Made by a program: the position numbers and the translations under genes. A model generated the notes under the pieces. It had not been told where the DNA came from and ran no database searches. It saw nothing but the letters and a program-made list of their open reading frames with translations. 64,000 nucleotides of DNA. Origin: an uncultured Chloroflexia bacterium. Lineage in GTDB: Bacteria > Chloroflexota > Limnocylindria > Limnocylindrales > CSP1-4. Positions within the stretch are counted from its first letter, which is position 1, and each line of letters starts with the position of its first letter. The stretch lies in contig CAVTHS010000007.1 of the NCBI GenBank assembly GCA_963734535.1, positions 64,001 through 128,000 on the forward strand. The letters are read 5' to 3'. Of this stretch, positions 54,389-64,000 are shown piece by piece.

Positions 54389-55858
54389 TCAGCGCCCGCT
54401 GAGGCGGCCCGGATCGTCGGCCAGCGCGAGCGCCACGAGGCAGAGCGCGCGGGCGAGCGTCGTCGCGCGATCGACGTCCACGTTCGCCGGACCGTCGCAG
54501 GCCAGGTGGTAGCACGGGTCAGGCGGGAGCCCGAACGTCGACCCGGAGGCCGCGGCCTGGGGAGCGGTGACGGGCTCGAGCGCCCCGGAGAAGACACCGC
54601 CGACGGGGATGCCGCCCTGCATGAACGGGGCATGGTCCGATCCGCTTCCCAGCTCCACCGCGACGCTGGCTGATCCCAGGTCCGCCAGGGCGGCTTGCAG
54701 GTCAGCGGTCAGTGCTGCTGACCCGGGTGGCGCGTTGGGCTCCGCGTAGACGCCGGGGAACCCGTTCGGCGAGCCGAGCATGTCGGCATTGAGGTACGCC
54801 AGGATCCGGCTCCGCTCGGTGGCGTCGAGACCCGCGACGTACCGGCTGGACCCGAGGAGCCCGACCTCCTCGCCGCTCCAGAACGCGAGTCGAAGCGTCG
54901 CGCGGGCGCGCGGGCCGGCAGCCGCTGCCCGTGCGAGCGCAAGGAGCGCGGCGATGCCACTCGCGTCGTCGTCGATCCCAGGCCCGTCGAGCACGGAATC
55001 CAGGTGCGCCCCGAGCATCACGACGCGGCCGGGCTCCGTTCCCGGGAGCTCGGCGAGGATGGATCGCGTCGGCCGGATCCCGGTCGTCCCTGTTGTCACC
55101 AGCGTGACCATCGCCGGGCCGCCATCTGTGCCGGCCGGTTGCCCAGCGGCCGCGATCGCGGCCAGCGCATTGCCGACCGTGCGCGCGCCGGCGAGCGCCG
55201 GGATCCGCAGTCCGTCCGGCCGGATGAGCGTCGATCGCCGGACCTCGCCCGGGCGAAACGCGGCGTTGAGCGCGACGAATCCGACGGCGCCGGCCTCCTG
55301 CGCGGCCATCACCTGGTCCCGCCGATAGCAGAGCCCGTTCCGAACCGCGACGATCGCCCCGGCGCTCTCGGGCGGGTAGTCGCGGGCGCTGCAGCCCAGT
55401 CGGGTCGGGCTCGGATCGTCCGGATCCCAGTCGAGCACGACGATCCGCGCGGTGATCTGGCCTGCCGGCGCGTAGACCAGCGACGCCACGTCGCCGCGGC
55501 CGAAGCTGGGCCCGGCGGGAATCTCGAGCCGGCTGCCTCCCGGGTCCAGGAACACCGGCGCGTCGAAGGTGTCCGCGGAGACCGTCCAGCCGACGGCCCG
55601 GAGCGCCGCTTCGAGGTAGGCGGCAGAGGCCGCGTATCCATCCGTCCCGAGGGCCCGCGTTCCCGCGTTGGCGGTGGCGATGGACGCGAGCGCCTCGAGG
55701 TCGGTCCGCATCCCGCTCGCCGTGATCCGCTCCGCGTCCCCGATGCGGGACTGGCCAGACGGGGGTCGGAGCACGCCGACCGCCGCGCCGGCGATCACGA
55801 CCCCGACGACCAGCAGCCCGATGAGCCTGGACCTGCCCGACCGCTGAAGGTTCGTCAC
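54389..55858 (-). CDS. M28 family aminopeptidase with PA domain
   Basis: N-terminal TM; GAHLDSV, GIDDDASG, WSGEEVG, NADM, SDH, YH. Confidence 0.88.
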   Translation of the reverse strand: MTNLQRSGRSRLIGLLVVGVVIAGAAVGVLRPPSGQSRIGDAERITASGMRTDLEALASIATANAGTRALGTDGYAASAAYLEAALRAVGWTVSADTFDAPVFLDPGGSRLEIPAGPSFGRGDVASLVYAPAGQITARIVVLDWDPDDPSPTRLGCSARDYPPESAGAIVAVRNGLCYRRDQVMAAQEAGAVGFVALNAAFRPGEVRRSTLIRPDGLRIPALAGARTVGNALAAIAAAGQPAGTDGGPAMVTLVTTGTTGIRPTRSILAELPGTEPGRVVMLGAHLDSVLDGPGIDDDASGIAALLALARAAAAGPRARATLRLAFWSGEEVGLLGSSRYVAGLDATERSRILAYLNADMLGSPNGFPGVYAEPNAPPGSAALTADLQAALADLGSASVAVELGSGSDHAPFMQGGIPVGGVFSGALEPVTAPQAAASGSTFGLPPDPCYHLACDGPANVDVDRATTLARALCLVALALADDPGRLSGR

Positions 55859-55968
55859 GTCCCCGAGGAGGCTGTGCCGCGCTGACGAGGGCAGCGGCGG
55901 TCTGGCGGAACAGTCTGACCTGTCCGCAACGCGCCCGTACCGGCCGTTCACACCCCCCAGATGGTGCG

Positions 55969-55996
55969 TTGACGATCGTTCGAACCCTGCTATCCT
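55969..55996 (+). promoter_or_regulatory. Sigma70-type promoter of the ilv-leu operon
   Basis: TTGACG-N16-TATCCT with extended -10 TG. Confidence 0.6.
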
Positions 55997-56108
55997 TCGC
56001 GAACCGTCGCAGGCGCGGCGGACACAGCCTGGAGCTGGCCAGTTGGGCTTCCTCGATCGGCAGGATCGCCGCCCCGTCGCCGTCCTCGTGACGAGCGACG
56101 GCCGCCGC

Positions 56109-56246
56109 GTGAACGTACCGCTCGAGGAGCTCGAAGCTGCTTCCGGCCGGGTATCGCTTCGCTCTCTTCTCCTCTCCCTTCTTGGCCTTCTGGGCCTTAT
56201 TACCGGCTCCCGGCAGGAGCCTGGAGGGCGAAGGACGGAGCGCTGA
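56109..56246 (+). CDS. Leu-rich leader peptide of the ilvB attenuator (start uncertain)
   Basis: ...SLRSLLLSLLGLLGLIT...: 9 Leu in 14 codons, 6 of them CTT. Confidence 0.7.
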   Translation: MNVPLEELEAASGRVSLRSLLLSLLGLLGLITGSRQEPGGRRTER

Positions 56247-56271
56247 GGCGCAACGCCAACGAACCAACAGG

Positions 56272-56302
56272 ACCCTCGCCGGGAGACCGGCGGGGGTTTT
56301 TT
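56272..56302 (+). terminator. Intrinsic attenuator terminator upstream of ilvB
   Basis: accctcgccgg-GAGA-ccggcgggggt followed by a T-run. Confidence 0.85.
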
Positions 56303-56359
56303 GATGCAGGCCGGACTGCACTCGACCGGCGGGCGGGAACGACGGAGGACGCAACGATC

Positions 56360-58309
56360 ATGGCGATGACGAAGGGCGACGGCGCCACCGGGCCAACGGC
56401 CGGCGGTGCAACGGGTGCGCCGGATGCAGCTGGACGGGCGCGATCCGCGGACAGGGCGCCGGCCAGCCGGCGGAGCCACGTCCCGGGAGCCGGCACTCCC
56501 GGGGCGGATGCGGTGGAACGCGCTCGACGGGAGATGCTTCACGAAGGCAACCAGGCCCACCAGGATGCCGCCGATCGGCGCGAGCGCCGCGCCCGGATCG
56601 GGGCCGATGTCGTCTGCGAGGCGATCCTTCGGCAGGACGTGAACGTCCTGTTCGGGTATCCCGGCGGAGTCATCCTCCCGCTCTACGACGTGCTCGGTGA
56701 TCACCCGGCCCTCCGTCACGTGTTGGTCCGCCACGAGCAGGGGGCGGCGCACGCCGCCGACGGCTACGCGCGCGCGACCGGGAGAGTCGGTGTCTGCCTG
56801 GGCACCTCCGGCCCGGCGGCCACGAACCTCGTGACGGGGATCGCGACCGCCCAGCTGGACTCCATCCCGATGGTCGCGATCACCGGCAACGTGCCGGGCG
56901 CGCTGATCGGCAAGGACGCCTTCCAGGAGATCGACATCACCGGGATCACGCTCCCGATGACGAAGCACAACTACCTGGTCCGGGATGCCAACAACCTGCC
57001 GCGCGTGCTCGCGGAGGCGTTCTACATCGCCCGGACGGGGCGTCCGGGACCCGTCCACGTCGATATCACGAAGGACGCCCTCCAGCAGGAGACGAGCGCT
57101 CCGCATCCCTCCGACGAGGAGATCGCGGCCGGCCTGCCCGGCTTCCGCCCGACGTTCGACGGCCACCCGCGCCAGGTCCGGCTGGTCGCCGAAGAGATCG
57201 CGCGTGCGAAGCGGCCGATCATCTTCGCCGGCCACGGCGTGCTGATCGCGGACGCGATGGACGAGCTCCGCGAGCTCGCGGAGCGCACCCAGATCCCCGT
57301 GGCGTGGACGCTGCTGGGCATCGGTGCCCTCGATGAGACGCACCCGCTCGCCTACGGCTACATGGGCATGCACGGCTGGAAGCACGTGAACCGGGCGATC
57401 CAGTCCGCCGACCTGATCCTCGCCTTCGGGATGCGCTTCGACGACCGGGTGACCGGCAGCGTCAAGACGTACGCCCCGTATGCCCGGATCGTCCACGTCG
57501 ACGTCGACCCCGCCGAGATCGGAAAGAACGTGGCCGTGGAGGTGCCGGTGGTGGGGGACGCCAAGCGCGTCATGGCCGCACTCCTCGCGATGCTCCCCGT
57601 CACGGACCCCGCCGAGCGGGCCGAGTACCACGCACAGCTCGCGGAGTGGCGTCGCGAGTCGGTCGCCGGCAGCTGGCACGGCTCGGGCGCGTCGCGGTCG
57701 GGCTACCTGACGGCCGACTTCGTGATCGAGCAGATCGGCGACGTCACGAACCACGACGCGACGATGGTCGCCGACGTCGGTCAGAACCAGATGTGGATGG
57801 CGCGCTACGCCGGGTACCGGCGACCCCACAGCCACCTCTCGTCGGGCGGTCTCGGGACGATGGGGTACGCGGTTCCGACCGCGATGGGCGCGGCGCTCGG
57901 CCGGCCCGACAAGTCGACCTGGGCCGTCTGCGGTGATGGCGGCTTCCAGATGACGATCCAGGAGCTGGCCACCCTGGTCCAGGACCGGATCCCGGTCCGG
58001 ATCGCGCTCCTCGACAACAAGAAGCTGGGCATGATCCGGCAGTGGCAGGAGATCTTCTACGCCGGCAACTACCACTCGTCCAACCTGTTCGGGCCGGACT
58101 TCCTCAAGCTCTGTGAGGCGTATGGGATCCCCGCCTGGAAGGCGACCTCGCCCGAGGAGGTCCGGCCCGCGATCGAGGCTGCCGAGGCGGTCGACGGCCC
58201 GTCCTTCGTCTGGTTCGAGATCGCGGAGGAGCAGAACGTCTTCCCGATCATGCCGGCCGGCAAGGGCCTCTCCGACCTGATCGAGAAGTGGGGAGGGGCC
58301 GACGAATGA
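56360..58309 (+). CDS. ilvB: Acetolactate synthase large subunit (start may lie further downstream)
   Basis: FGYPGG, RHEQGA, GMHG, SGGLGTMG, GDGGFQM. Confidence 0.95.
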   Translation: MAMTKGDGATGPTAGGATGAPDAAGRARSADRAPASRRSHVPGAGTPGADAVERARREMLHEGNQAHQDAADRRERRARIGADVVCEAILRQDVNVLFGYPGGVILPLYDVLGDHPALRHVLVRHEQGAAHAADGYARATGRVGVCLGTSGPAATNLVTGIATAQLDSIPMVAITGNVPGALIGKDAFQEIDITGITLPMTKHNYLVRDANNLPRVLAEAFYIARTGRPGPVHVDITKDALQQETSAPHPSDEEIAAGLPGFRPTFDGHPRQVRLVAEEIARAKRPIIFAGHGVLIADAMDELRELAERTQIPVAWTLLGIGALDETHPLAYGYMGMHGWKHVNRAIQSADLILAFGMRFDDRVTGSVKTYAPYARIVHVDVDPAEIGKNVAVEVPVVGDAKRVMAALLAMLPVTDPAERAEYHAQLAEWRRESVAGSWHGSGASRSGYLTADFVIEQIGDVTNHDATMVADVGQNQMWMARYAGYRRPHSHLSSGGLGTMGYAVPTAMGAALGRPDKSTWAVCGDGGFQMTIQELATLVQDRIPVRIALLDNKKLGMIRQWQEIFYAGNYHSSNLFGPDFLKLCEAYGIPAWKATSPEEVRPAIEAAEAVDGPSFVWFEIAEEQNVFPIMPAGKGLSDLIEKWGGADE

Positions 58310-58881
58310 GCGATACGCAGCAGCCCGCGGCCCACGCGGCACCACCCCCGCGCACGGTCCCGGGGACCGGCGCCCAGCGGCGTCACGTCCTCGTGGCCAT
58401 CGTCAACAACCGCCCGGGCGTCCTCAACCGCGTTGCCAGCCTGATGCGGGCTCGCAACTTCAACATCGAGTCGCTCGCGGTCAGCCATCTCGACGACCCC
58501 GAGATCTCGCGCATGACCATCACCCTGCGCGGTGACGACGTGAACGTCGAGCAGGCGGCCAAGCAGCTCTACAAGCTGATCGACGTGCTGAAGGTGCAGG
58601 ACGTCACCGACGATCCCACGGTCCAGCACGAGCTGGTGCTCGTGAAGGTTCGCGCCACGGATCGCAACCGCGGAGAGCTGATCTCGATCGTGGAGATGTA
58701 CAAGGCCCGGATCGTGGACATGGCGCCGGACTCGGTGATCGTGGAATCGACTGGCACCGAATCCGAGGTGGACGCGCTCGTCGCGCTCCTCCGCGGCTAC
58801 GGGATCAAGGAGATGGTTCGGACCGGGACCGTCGTGATGTCACGCGGCTCGCAGTCGATCGAGGAGGCGACGAAACGATGA
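58306..58881 (+). CDS. ilvN: Acetolactate synthase small subunit
   Basis: [38 protein letters not shown]. Confidence 0.94.
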   Translation: MSDTQQPAAHAAPPPRTVPGTGAQRRHVLVAIVNNRPGVLNRVASLMRARNFNIESLAVSHLDDPEISRMTITLRGDDVNVEQAAKQLYKLIDVLKVQDVTDDPTVQHELVLVKVRATDRNRGELISIVEMYKARIVDMAPDSVIVESTGTESEVDALVALLRGYGIKEMVRTGTVVMSRGSQSIEEATKR

Positions 58882-59933
58882 CGGCGCGGATGTACTACGA
58901 CGCGGACGCGGATCCATCGGCGCTCGCGGGCCAGACGGTCGCGATCATCGGGTTCGGAAGCCAGGGCCACGCCCACGCGCTCAACCTCGTCGAATCCGGC
59001 GTGGACGTGGTGGTCGGGTTGCCGGCCGCCTCGAAGAGCCGGCGGATCGCCGAGGATGCCGGGCTCCGGGTCGCGGACGTCGCCGACGCGGTCCGCGGCG
59101 CGGACGTCGTCATGATCCTCGTCCCCGACACGGCCCAGAAGGCCGTCTTCGAGGCGGAGATCGCGGCGAACCTCAAGCCGGGCGCGCTCCTCATGTTCGC
59201 CCACGGCTTCAACATCCGGTTCGCCCGGATCAGCCCGCCGGAGGGGATCGACGTCGGGATGGTTGCCCCGAAGGGCCCGGGCCACCTGGTCCGCTCCGTC
59301 TACCGGGCCGGCGGCGGGGTCCCGGCACTGTTCGCCGTGGAGCAGGACGCGACCGGCACGGCCCGCGCCCGCACGCTCGCCTACGCGCGGGCGATCGGCG
59401 CGACGCGCGCCGGCGTTCTCGAGACGACGTTCAAGGAAGAAACGGAGACCGACCTCTTCGGCGAGCAGTCCGTCCTGTGCGGCGGCACGGCCGCCCTCGT
59501 GAAGATGGCCTTCGAGACGCTCGTGAAGGCGGGCTATCAGCCCGAGCTGGCCTACTTCGAGACGCTCCACGAGCTCAAGCTGATCGTGGACCTGATGTAC
59601 CGCGGCGGCCTGAACTTCATGCGGTTCAGCGTCAGCGATACGGCCGAGTACGGCGACTACGTGAGCGGCCCGCGGATCATCGACGAGCGCACCCGGGCCA
59701 CCATGGAGAAGGTCCTGCTCGAGATCCAGGACGGGACGTTCGCGGCCCGCTGGATCGCCGAGAACGAGGCGGGCCGATCGGAGTTCGAGCGGCTTCGCGC
59801 CGTGGACCGCGACCACCAGATCGAGCAGGTCGGGGCGCGCCTCCGGGCCGCCATGCCGTTCCTCGATCCGGTCACCGTCCAGGCCGGCCAGGCACAGGCG
59901 GCGGCGACCGGCGCCGCGCGGGACGGCCGCTGA
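58878..59933 (+). CDS. ilvC: Ketol-acid reductoisomerase
   Basis: [35 protein letters not shown]. Confidence 0.95.
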   Translation: MTARMYYDADADPSALAGQTVAIIGFGSQGHAHALNLVESGVDVVVGLPAASKSRRIAEDAGLRVADVADAVRGADVVMILVPDTAQKAVFEAEIAANLKPGALLMFAHGFNIRFARISPPEGIDVGMVAPKGPGHLVRSVYRAGGGVPALFAVEQDATGTARARTLAYARAIGATRAGVLETTFKEETETDLFGEQSVLCGGTAALVKMAFETLVKAGYQPELAYFETLHELKLIVDLMYRGGLNFMRFSVSDTAEYGDYVSGPRIIDERTRATMEKVLLEIQDGTFAARWIAENEAGRSEFERLRAVDRDHQIEQVGARLRAAMPFLDPVTVQAGQAQAAATGAARDGR

Positions 59934-61558
59934 TGCCCGTCCCCGTACCGTCCGGGCCGTTCGTGCCCGCGGGCACCGTCCGGGTCTTCGACACGACCCT
60001 CCGCGACGGCGAGCAGGCGCCGGGCGCCGGCCTCACCGCCGCCGAGAAGCTGGAGGTCGCGCGCCAGCTCGTCCGCCTCAACGTCGACGTGATCGAGGCC
60101 GGCTTCCCGGCCGCCTCGCCCGGCGACTGGGAGGCGGTCAACCGGATCGCCAAGGAGGTCCGCGGGGTCGCCGTCGCCGCGCTTGCCCGATGCCGCGACG
60201 GCGACCCGCAGAAGGCGATCGAGGCGATCCGGATCGCCGAGCGGCCCCACCTCCACGTCTTCATCGCGACCTCGGACATCCACCTCAAGCACAAGCTCAA
60301 GATCACCCGCGACCAGGCGCTCGCCGAGGCGGTCCGCTGGGTCCGCTTCGGCCGCGAGCAGCTGGGCCGCGACGCGGAGATCGAGTTTTCCGCCGAGGAC
60401 GCGTCCCGGACCGACCCGGCCTTCCTCCTGGCCATCTACGAGGCGGTCGTCGGTGCCGGGGCCACCACGGTGAACATCCCCGACACGGTCGGCTACGCGA
60501 TCCCCGCCGAGTTCGGCGCGCTCGTCGGCCGGGTGGTGGACCTCGTCGGGCGCGATGCCACGATCTCCATCCACTGCCACAACGACCTTGGGCTCGCGAC
60601 GGCGAACACGCTGGCGGCCGTCCAGGCCGGCGCGCGCCAGGTCGAGGTGACGATCAACGGGCTCGGCGAACGGGCCGGGAATGCCTCCCTCGAGGAGGTC
60701 GTCATGGCGCTTCGGACGCGCCCGACGCAGTTCCCCGAGCTGCTCAGCCGGGTCCAGACCGAGCACATCACGACCGCCAGCCGGCTGGTGAGCCACCTGA
60801 CCGGCTTCGCGATCCAGCCGAACAAGGCCGTGGTCGGCGCGAACGCGTTCGCCCACGAGTCGGGGATCCACCAGGACGGCGTGATCAAGAACCCGCTCAC
60901 CTACGAGATCATGACGCCGCAGTCGGTGGGCCTGTCCGGCAGCCAGCTGACCATCGGAAAGCTGTCCGGGCGCAAGGGGCTCCAGAAGAAGCTCCACGAT
61001 CTCGGGCACGACGTCTCCGGCGACGCGCTCGACATCGTCTACCGCGAGGCGATCGCGCTGGCCGACGTCAAGAAGGAGGTCACCGACGCCGATCTCCTGG
61101 CGCTCCTCCAGCAGCGTTCCGGTGACGTCCCGGCATCCATCGTCATGGAGGGCTGGAGCGTGACCTCCTCGCACGGTGGGCGCTCGACGGGGAGCGTTCG
61201 GCTGACGTTCGACGGCGACGAGCGCGCCGGCGAGTCGACCGGAAACGGCCCGGTCAACGCGCTCTACCGCGCGGTCGACGAGGCGATCCGGCCCGTCCTG
61301 GGCTGGGAGCCGACGCTCGTCGAATACGAGATCAAGGCGGTGACCGAGGGCGAGGACGCCCAGGGCCGCGTCTTCCTGCGGTGCCGCCGTTCGACGGACA
61401 CGGGCTCCGACGCGATCATCGTCACGGGCCACGGCCTGTCGACGAACATCATCGAGGCGTCCCTCGAGGCGTACGTCGTGGCTGCAAACAAGCTCTGGAC
61501 GGCCGAGCAGGACGAGGCGTCGCTGCCCGCGCTCGGTTCCACGGAGCGCTTGCCGTGA
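59933..61558 (+). CDS. leuA: 2-isopropylmalate synthase
   Basis: DTTLRDGEQ, HCHNDLG, GERAGN, HESGIHQDG, GNGPVNA. Confidence 0.95.
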   Translation: MPVPVPSGPFVPAGTVRVFDTTLRDGEQAPGAGLTAAEKLEVARQLVRLNVDVIEAGFPAASPGDWEAVNRIAKEVRGVAVAALARCRDGDPQKAIEAIRIAERPHLHVFIATSDIHLKHKLKITRDQALAEAVRWVRFGREQLGRDAEIEFSAEDASRTDPAFLLAIYEAVVGAGATTVNIPDTVGYAIPAEFGALVGRVVDLVGRDATISIHCHNDLGLATANTLAAVQAGARQVEVTINGLGERAGNASLEEVVMALRTRPTQFPELLSRVQTEHITTASRLVSHLTGFAIQPNKAVVGANAFAHESGIHQDGVIKNPLTYEIMTPQSVGLSGSQLTIGKLSGRKGLQKKLHDLGHDVSGDALDIVYREAIALADVKKEVTDADLLALLQQRSGDVPASIVMEGWSVTSSHGGRSTGSVRLTFDGDERAGESTGNGPVNALYRAVDEAIRPVLGWEPTLVEYEIKAVTEGEDAQGRVFLRCRRSTDTGSDAIIVTGHGLSTNIIEASLEAYVVAANKLWTAEQDEASLPALGSTERLP

Positions 61559-62799
61559 CCGCGGACGGCGATCTCGTGCAGTACCGGCTCGTTGCGATCC
61601 CCGGCGATGGCGTCGGGCCGGACGTCGTCGCGGCCGCGAAGCGTGTCATGGCGGCCGCGGGCGCGCGGTTCGGGTTCGGCGTCGAGTGGCACGACATCGT
61701 CGTCGGCGGGGCCGGGATCGACGCCTACGGCATGCCGATCCGGCCCGATGACCTGGCCGCGTGCGCCGTGAGCGACGCGGTCGTGCTCGGTGCGGTCGGC
61801 GGCCCGAAGTGGGACGACCCGACGGCGCCCGTCCGTCCCGAGCAGGCGCTCTTCGCCATACGCGGCGGTCTCGGGTTGTTCGCCAACCTGCGCCCGGTGA
61901 GCGTCCACCCGGCGCTCGTGCCGGCGTCGCCGCTCCGGCCGGAGCTGCTCGACGGGGTCGACATGCTGATCGTTCGCGAGCTGACCGGCGGCCTCTACTT
62001 CGGCGCCCGGGGCGAGGCGGCCGGTCCCGCCGGCGCCCGCGCGGCGCACGACGTGCTGCCGTACTCGGAGCCCGAGATCGCTCGCGTGGCGCGTCTCGCG
62101 TTCGAGCTGGCGCGCGGCCGTCGCAAGCGGCTCACCAGCGTGGACAAGGCGAACGTGCTGGCCACGTCGCGCCTCTGGCGGACGGTCGTTCACGAGATCG
62201 CGGTGGAGTACCCGGACATCGCGCTCGACGACCGGCTCGTGGACGCGTGCGCCATGCAGATCGTCCGCTCGCCGGCATCGTTCGACGTGCTCGTCACCGA
62301 GAACCTGTTCGGCGACATCCTCTCGGACGAGGCTTCTGTTCTTGCCGGCTCGCTCGGCATGCTCCCCTCGGCCTCGGTCGGGTCGCGCCGCACGGCCCAC
62401 GGGCTGCACGGCCTCTACGAGCCGATCCACGGCTCCGCCCCGGACATCGCCGGGCAGGATCTCGCGAACCCGATCGGCACGATCCTGTCGGTCGCGATGC
62501 TCCTGCGCTGGTCGCTGGGCCGGGCGGACGCAGCCGACGCGGTGGAGCTCGCGGTGAGCGCCGCGCTCGATGCCGGCTACCGCACGGGCGACATCTGGCC
62601 GCGGAGCGCCGCGGCCGCCGACGCATGCACGCGGGTCGGGACCGTCGAGATGACCGACGCAATTGTTGCCAGGGTCGGGGCGGTTGCAGGGAGCGCCGCC
62701 GCGCCGCCCAATTCGGGGACGCCCACGGCGGACCCCCCCGGCGACGACCTCGACGTCGGGACAACCGTGGCGACGGCCCAGCTCCTGGGGCTGCTCTGA
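61555..62799 (+). CDS. leuB: 3-isopropylmalate dehydrogenase
   Basis: GDGVGP, RELTGGLYFG, DKANV, NLFGDILSD, EPIHGSAPDIAG. Confidence 0.95.
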   Translation: MTADGDLVQYRLVAIPGDGVGPDVVAAAKRVMAAAGARFGFGVEWHDIVVGGAGIDAYGMPIRPDDLAACAVSDAVVLGAVGGPKWDDPTAPVRPEQALFAIRGGLGLFANLRPVSVHPALVPASPLRPELLDGVDMLIVRELTGGLYFGARGEAAGPAGARAAHDVLPYSEPEIARVARLAFELARGRRKRLTSVDKANVLATSRLWRTVVHEIAVEYPDIALDDRLVDACAMQIVRSPASFDVLVTENLFGDILSDEASVLAGSLGMLPSASVGSRRTAHGLHGLYEPIHGSAPDIAGQDLANPIGTILSVAMLLRWSLGRADAADAVELAVSAALDAGYRTGDIWPRSAAAADACTRVGTVEMTDAIVARVGAVAGSAAAPPNSGTPTADPPGDDLDVGTTVATAQLLGLL

Positions 62800-62904
62800 T
62801 GGCCGGCGCGAGGGTCCTCCGGATCGGGATTACCGGGGCGACCGCCTGACGGCGGTCGCCAGAGCCACCGCTTCCGACCCGCCCGACACCGAAGGAACCA
62901 ACCC

Positions 62905-64000
62905 GTGACTGCACCAGAGCCAACCCCCCGCGACGCGAGTCCCGTCGCGCCGCCGGTCGTCCTCTACGACACGACCCTCCGTGATGGGACCCAGGGCGAG
63001 AACATCATCCTCTCGCTCGCCGACAAGCTCCGGATCGCCCGGATGCTCGACGAGTATGGGATGCCGTACATCGAGGGCGGCTGGCCCGGCTCCAACCCGA
63101 AGGACGTGGACTTCTTCGGCGCCGCGAAGTCGATCCGCTGGGAGCGGGCGAAGCTCGCCGCGTTCGGCTCCACGCGGCACCGGTCCAACCGGCCCGAAGC
63201 CGACCCGAACCTGCGCGAGCTGGTGGCGGCCGAGACCCCGGTCGTGACGATCTTCGGGAAGAGCTGGCTCCTCCACGTGACGGAGGTCCTCGGCGCGACT
63301 GCCGCCGAGAACCTGGACATGGTCGCGGAGTCGATCGGCTTCCTCGTGGAGCGCGGCCGGGAGGCGATCTACGACGCGGAGCACTTCTTCGACGGGTATC
63401 GCGCGGACCCGGCGTACGCCCTGGCCACGTTGCGGGCCGCCCGCGAGGCCGGCGCGCGGACCCTGGTCCTGTGCGACACGAACGGCGGCACGCTGACCGA
63501 CGACCTGCTGCGAATCGTGGGCGAGACACGCGCTGCGCTCGCGGCCGACCCGGACAGCCACCCTGTCACCTGGGGGATTCACACCCACAACGACGCGGAG
63601 CTCGCGGTGGCGAACTCCATCGCCGCGGTCCAGGCCGGGATCCGCCACGTCCAGGCCACGATCAACGGCTACGGCGAGCGCTGCGGAAACGCCAACATGG
63701 TGAGCGTCCTCGCGAACCTCGCGCTCAAGACCGACCTGGCGCTGCTGCCCCGCGGCGGTGGCGAGATCGCCAACCTGACCGAGCTGAGCCGCTCGGTCGC
63801 CGAGATCGCGAATGTCGCGCCCAACGACTACCAGCCGTTCGTCGGGCGGAGCGCCTTCGCCCACAAGGGTGGCGTCCACGGCGCCGCCGTCGCGAAGGTC
63901 GAGCGCAGCTACCAGCACGTGGACCCGACCCTGATCGGCAACCGCGGCAGGCTCGTGGTCTCCGAGCTGGGCGGCAAGGCCAACACGCAGCTCCGCGCCG
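62905..64000 (+). CDS. cimA: Citramalate synthase (3' truncated by the window)
   Basis: YDTTLRDGTQGE, EGGWPGSNPKD, DAEHFFDG, HTHND, AFAHKGGVH. Confidence 0.9.
   Translation, partial: MTAPEPTPRDASPVAPPVVLYDTTLRDGTQGENIILSLADKLRIARMLDEYGMPYIEGGWPGSNPKDVDFFGAAKSIRWERAKLAAFGSTRHRSNRPEADPNLRELVAAETPVVTIFGKSWLLHVTEVLGATAAENLDMVAESIGFLVERGREAIYDAEHFFDGYRADPAYALATLRAAREAGARTLVLCDTNGGTLTDDLLRIVGETRAALAADPDSHPVTWGIHTHNDAELAVANSIAAVQAGIRHVQATINGYGERCGNANMVSVLANLALKTDLALLPRGGGEIANLTELSRSVAEIANVAPNDYQPFVGRSAFAHKGGVHGAAVAKVERSYQHVDPTLIGNRGRLVVSELGGKANTQLRA

Noticed and set aside
56000-56302. T-box riboswitch upstream of ilvB
   Set aside because: I found no AAGGTGGxACC T-box consensus. The Leu-codon leader explains the terminator better.
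55859-58345. 1318-aa minus-strand ORF as a giant peptidase
   Set aside because: The N-terminal ~830 aa is the antisense shadow of ilvB and its leader. Only 54389-55858 is the M28 gene.

Overview
Very GC-rich bacterial chromosomal window. Gene content and style suggest an uncultured Chloroflexota (Limnocylindria-like) long-read assembly; this taxonomy is inference only. Many single-base indels split genes, most densely at 6-18 kb. Layout: (1) 1-24.2 kb, an extracellular copper-enzyme island with two secreted S8 proteases, a divergent NarL-type two-component system, a ~2,200-aa giant secreted protein, three tandem two-domain multicopper-oxidase (MCO)-like genes whose copper ligands are divided between subunits, CopC/CopD and a cupredoxin. 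(2) 24.4-29.5 kb, 2-oxoacid:ferredoxin oxidoreductase, a receiver-like protein and an M24 peptidase. (3) 29.6-35.7 kb, an apparently uncharacterised locus: a peptide of 78-bp tandem repeats carrying five DDVEGH motifs (hidden from the ORF track by a frameshift), a Crp/Fnr regulator, a GAF protein, a signal-less minimal S8 protease, a second DVxGH-motif protein fused to a TPR-like tail, and an MFS-cNMP transporter. (4) ogt, and copA with a CsoR-type operator and a C-terminal cupredoxin-like domain. (5) fabD-fabF-fabF with a divergent MarR gene. (6) A branched-chain amino acid cluster (ilvD, leuCD, ilvBNC-leuA-leuB-cimA) with a Leu-rich leader-peptide attenuator. I saw no rRNA, tRNA, CRISPR array or mobile element.
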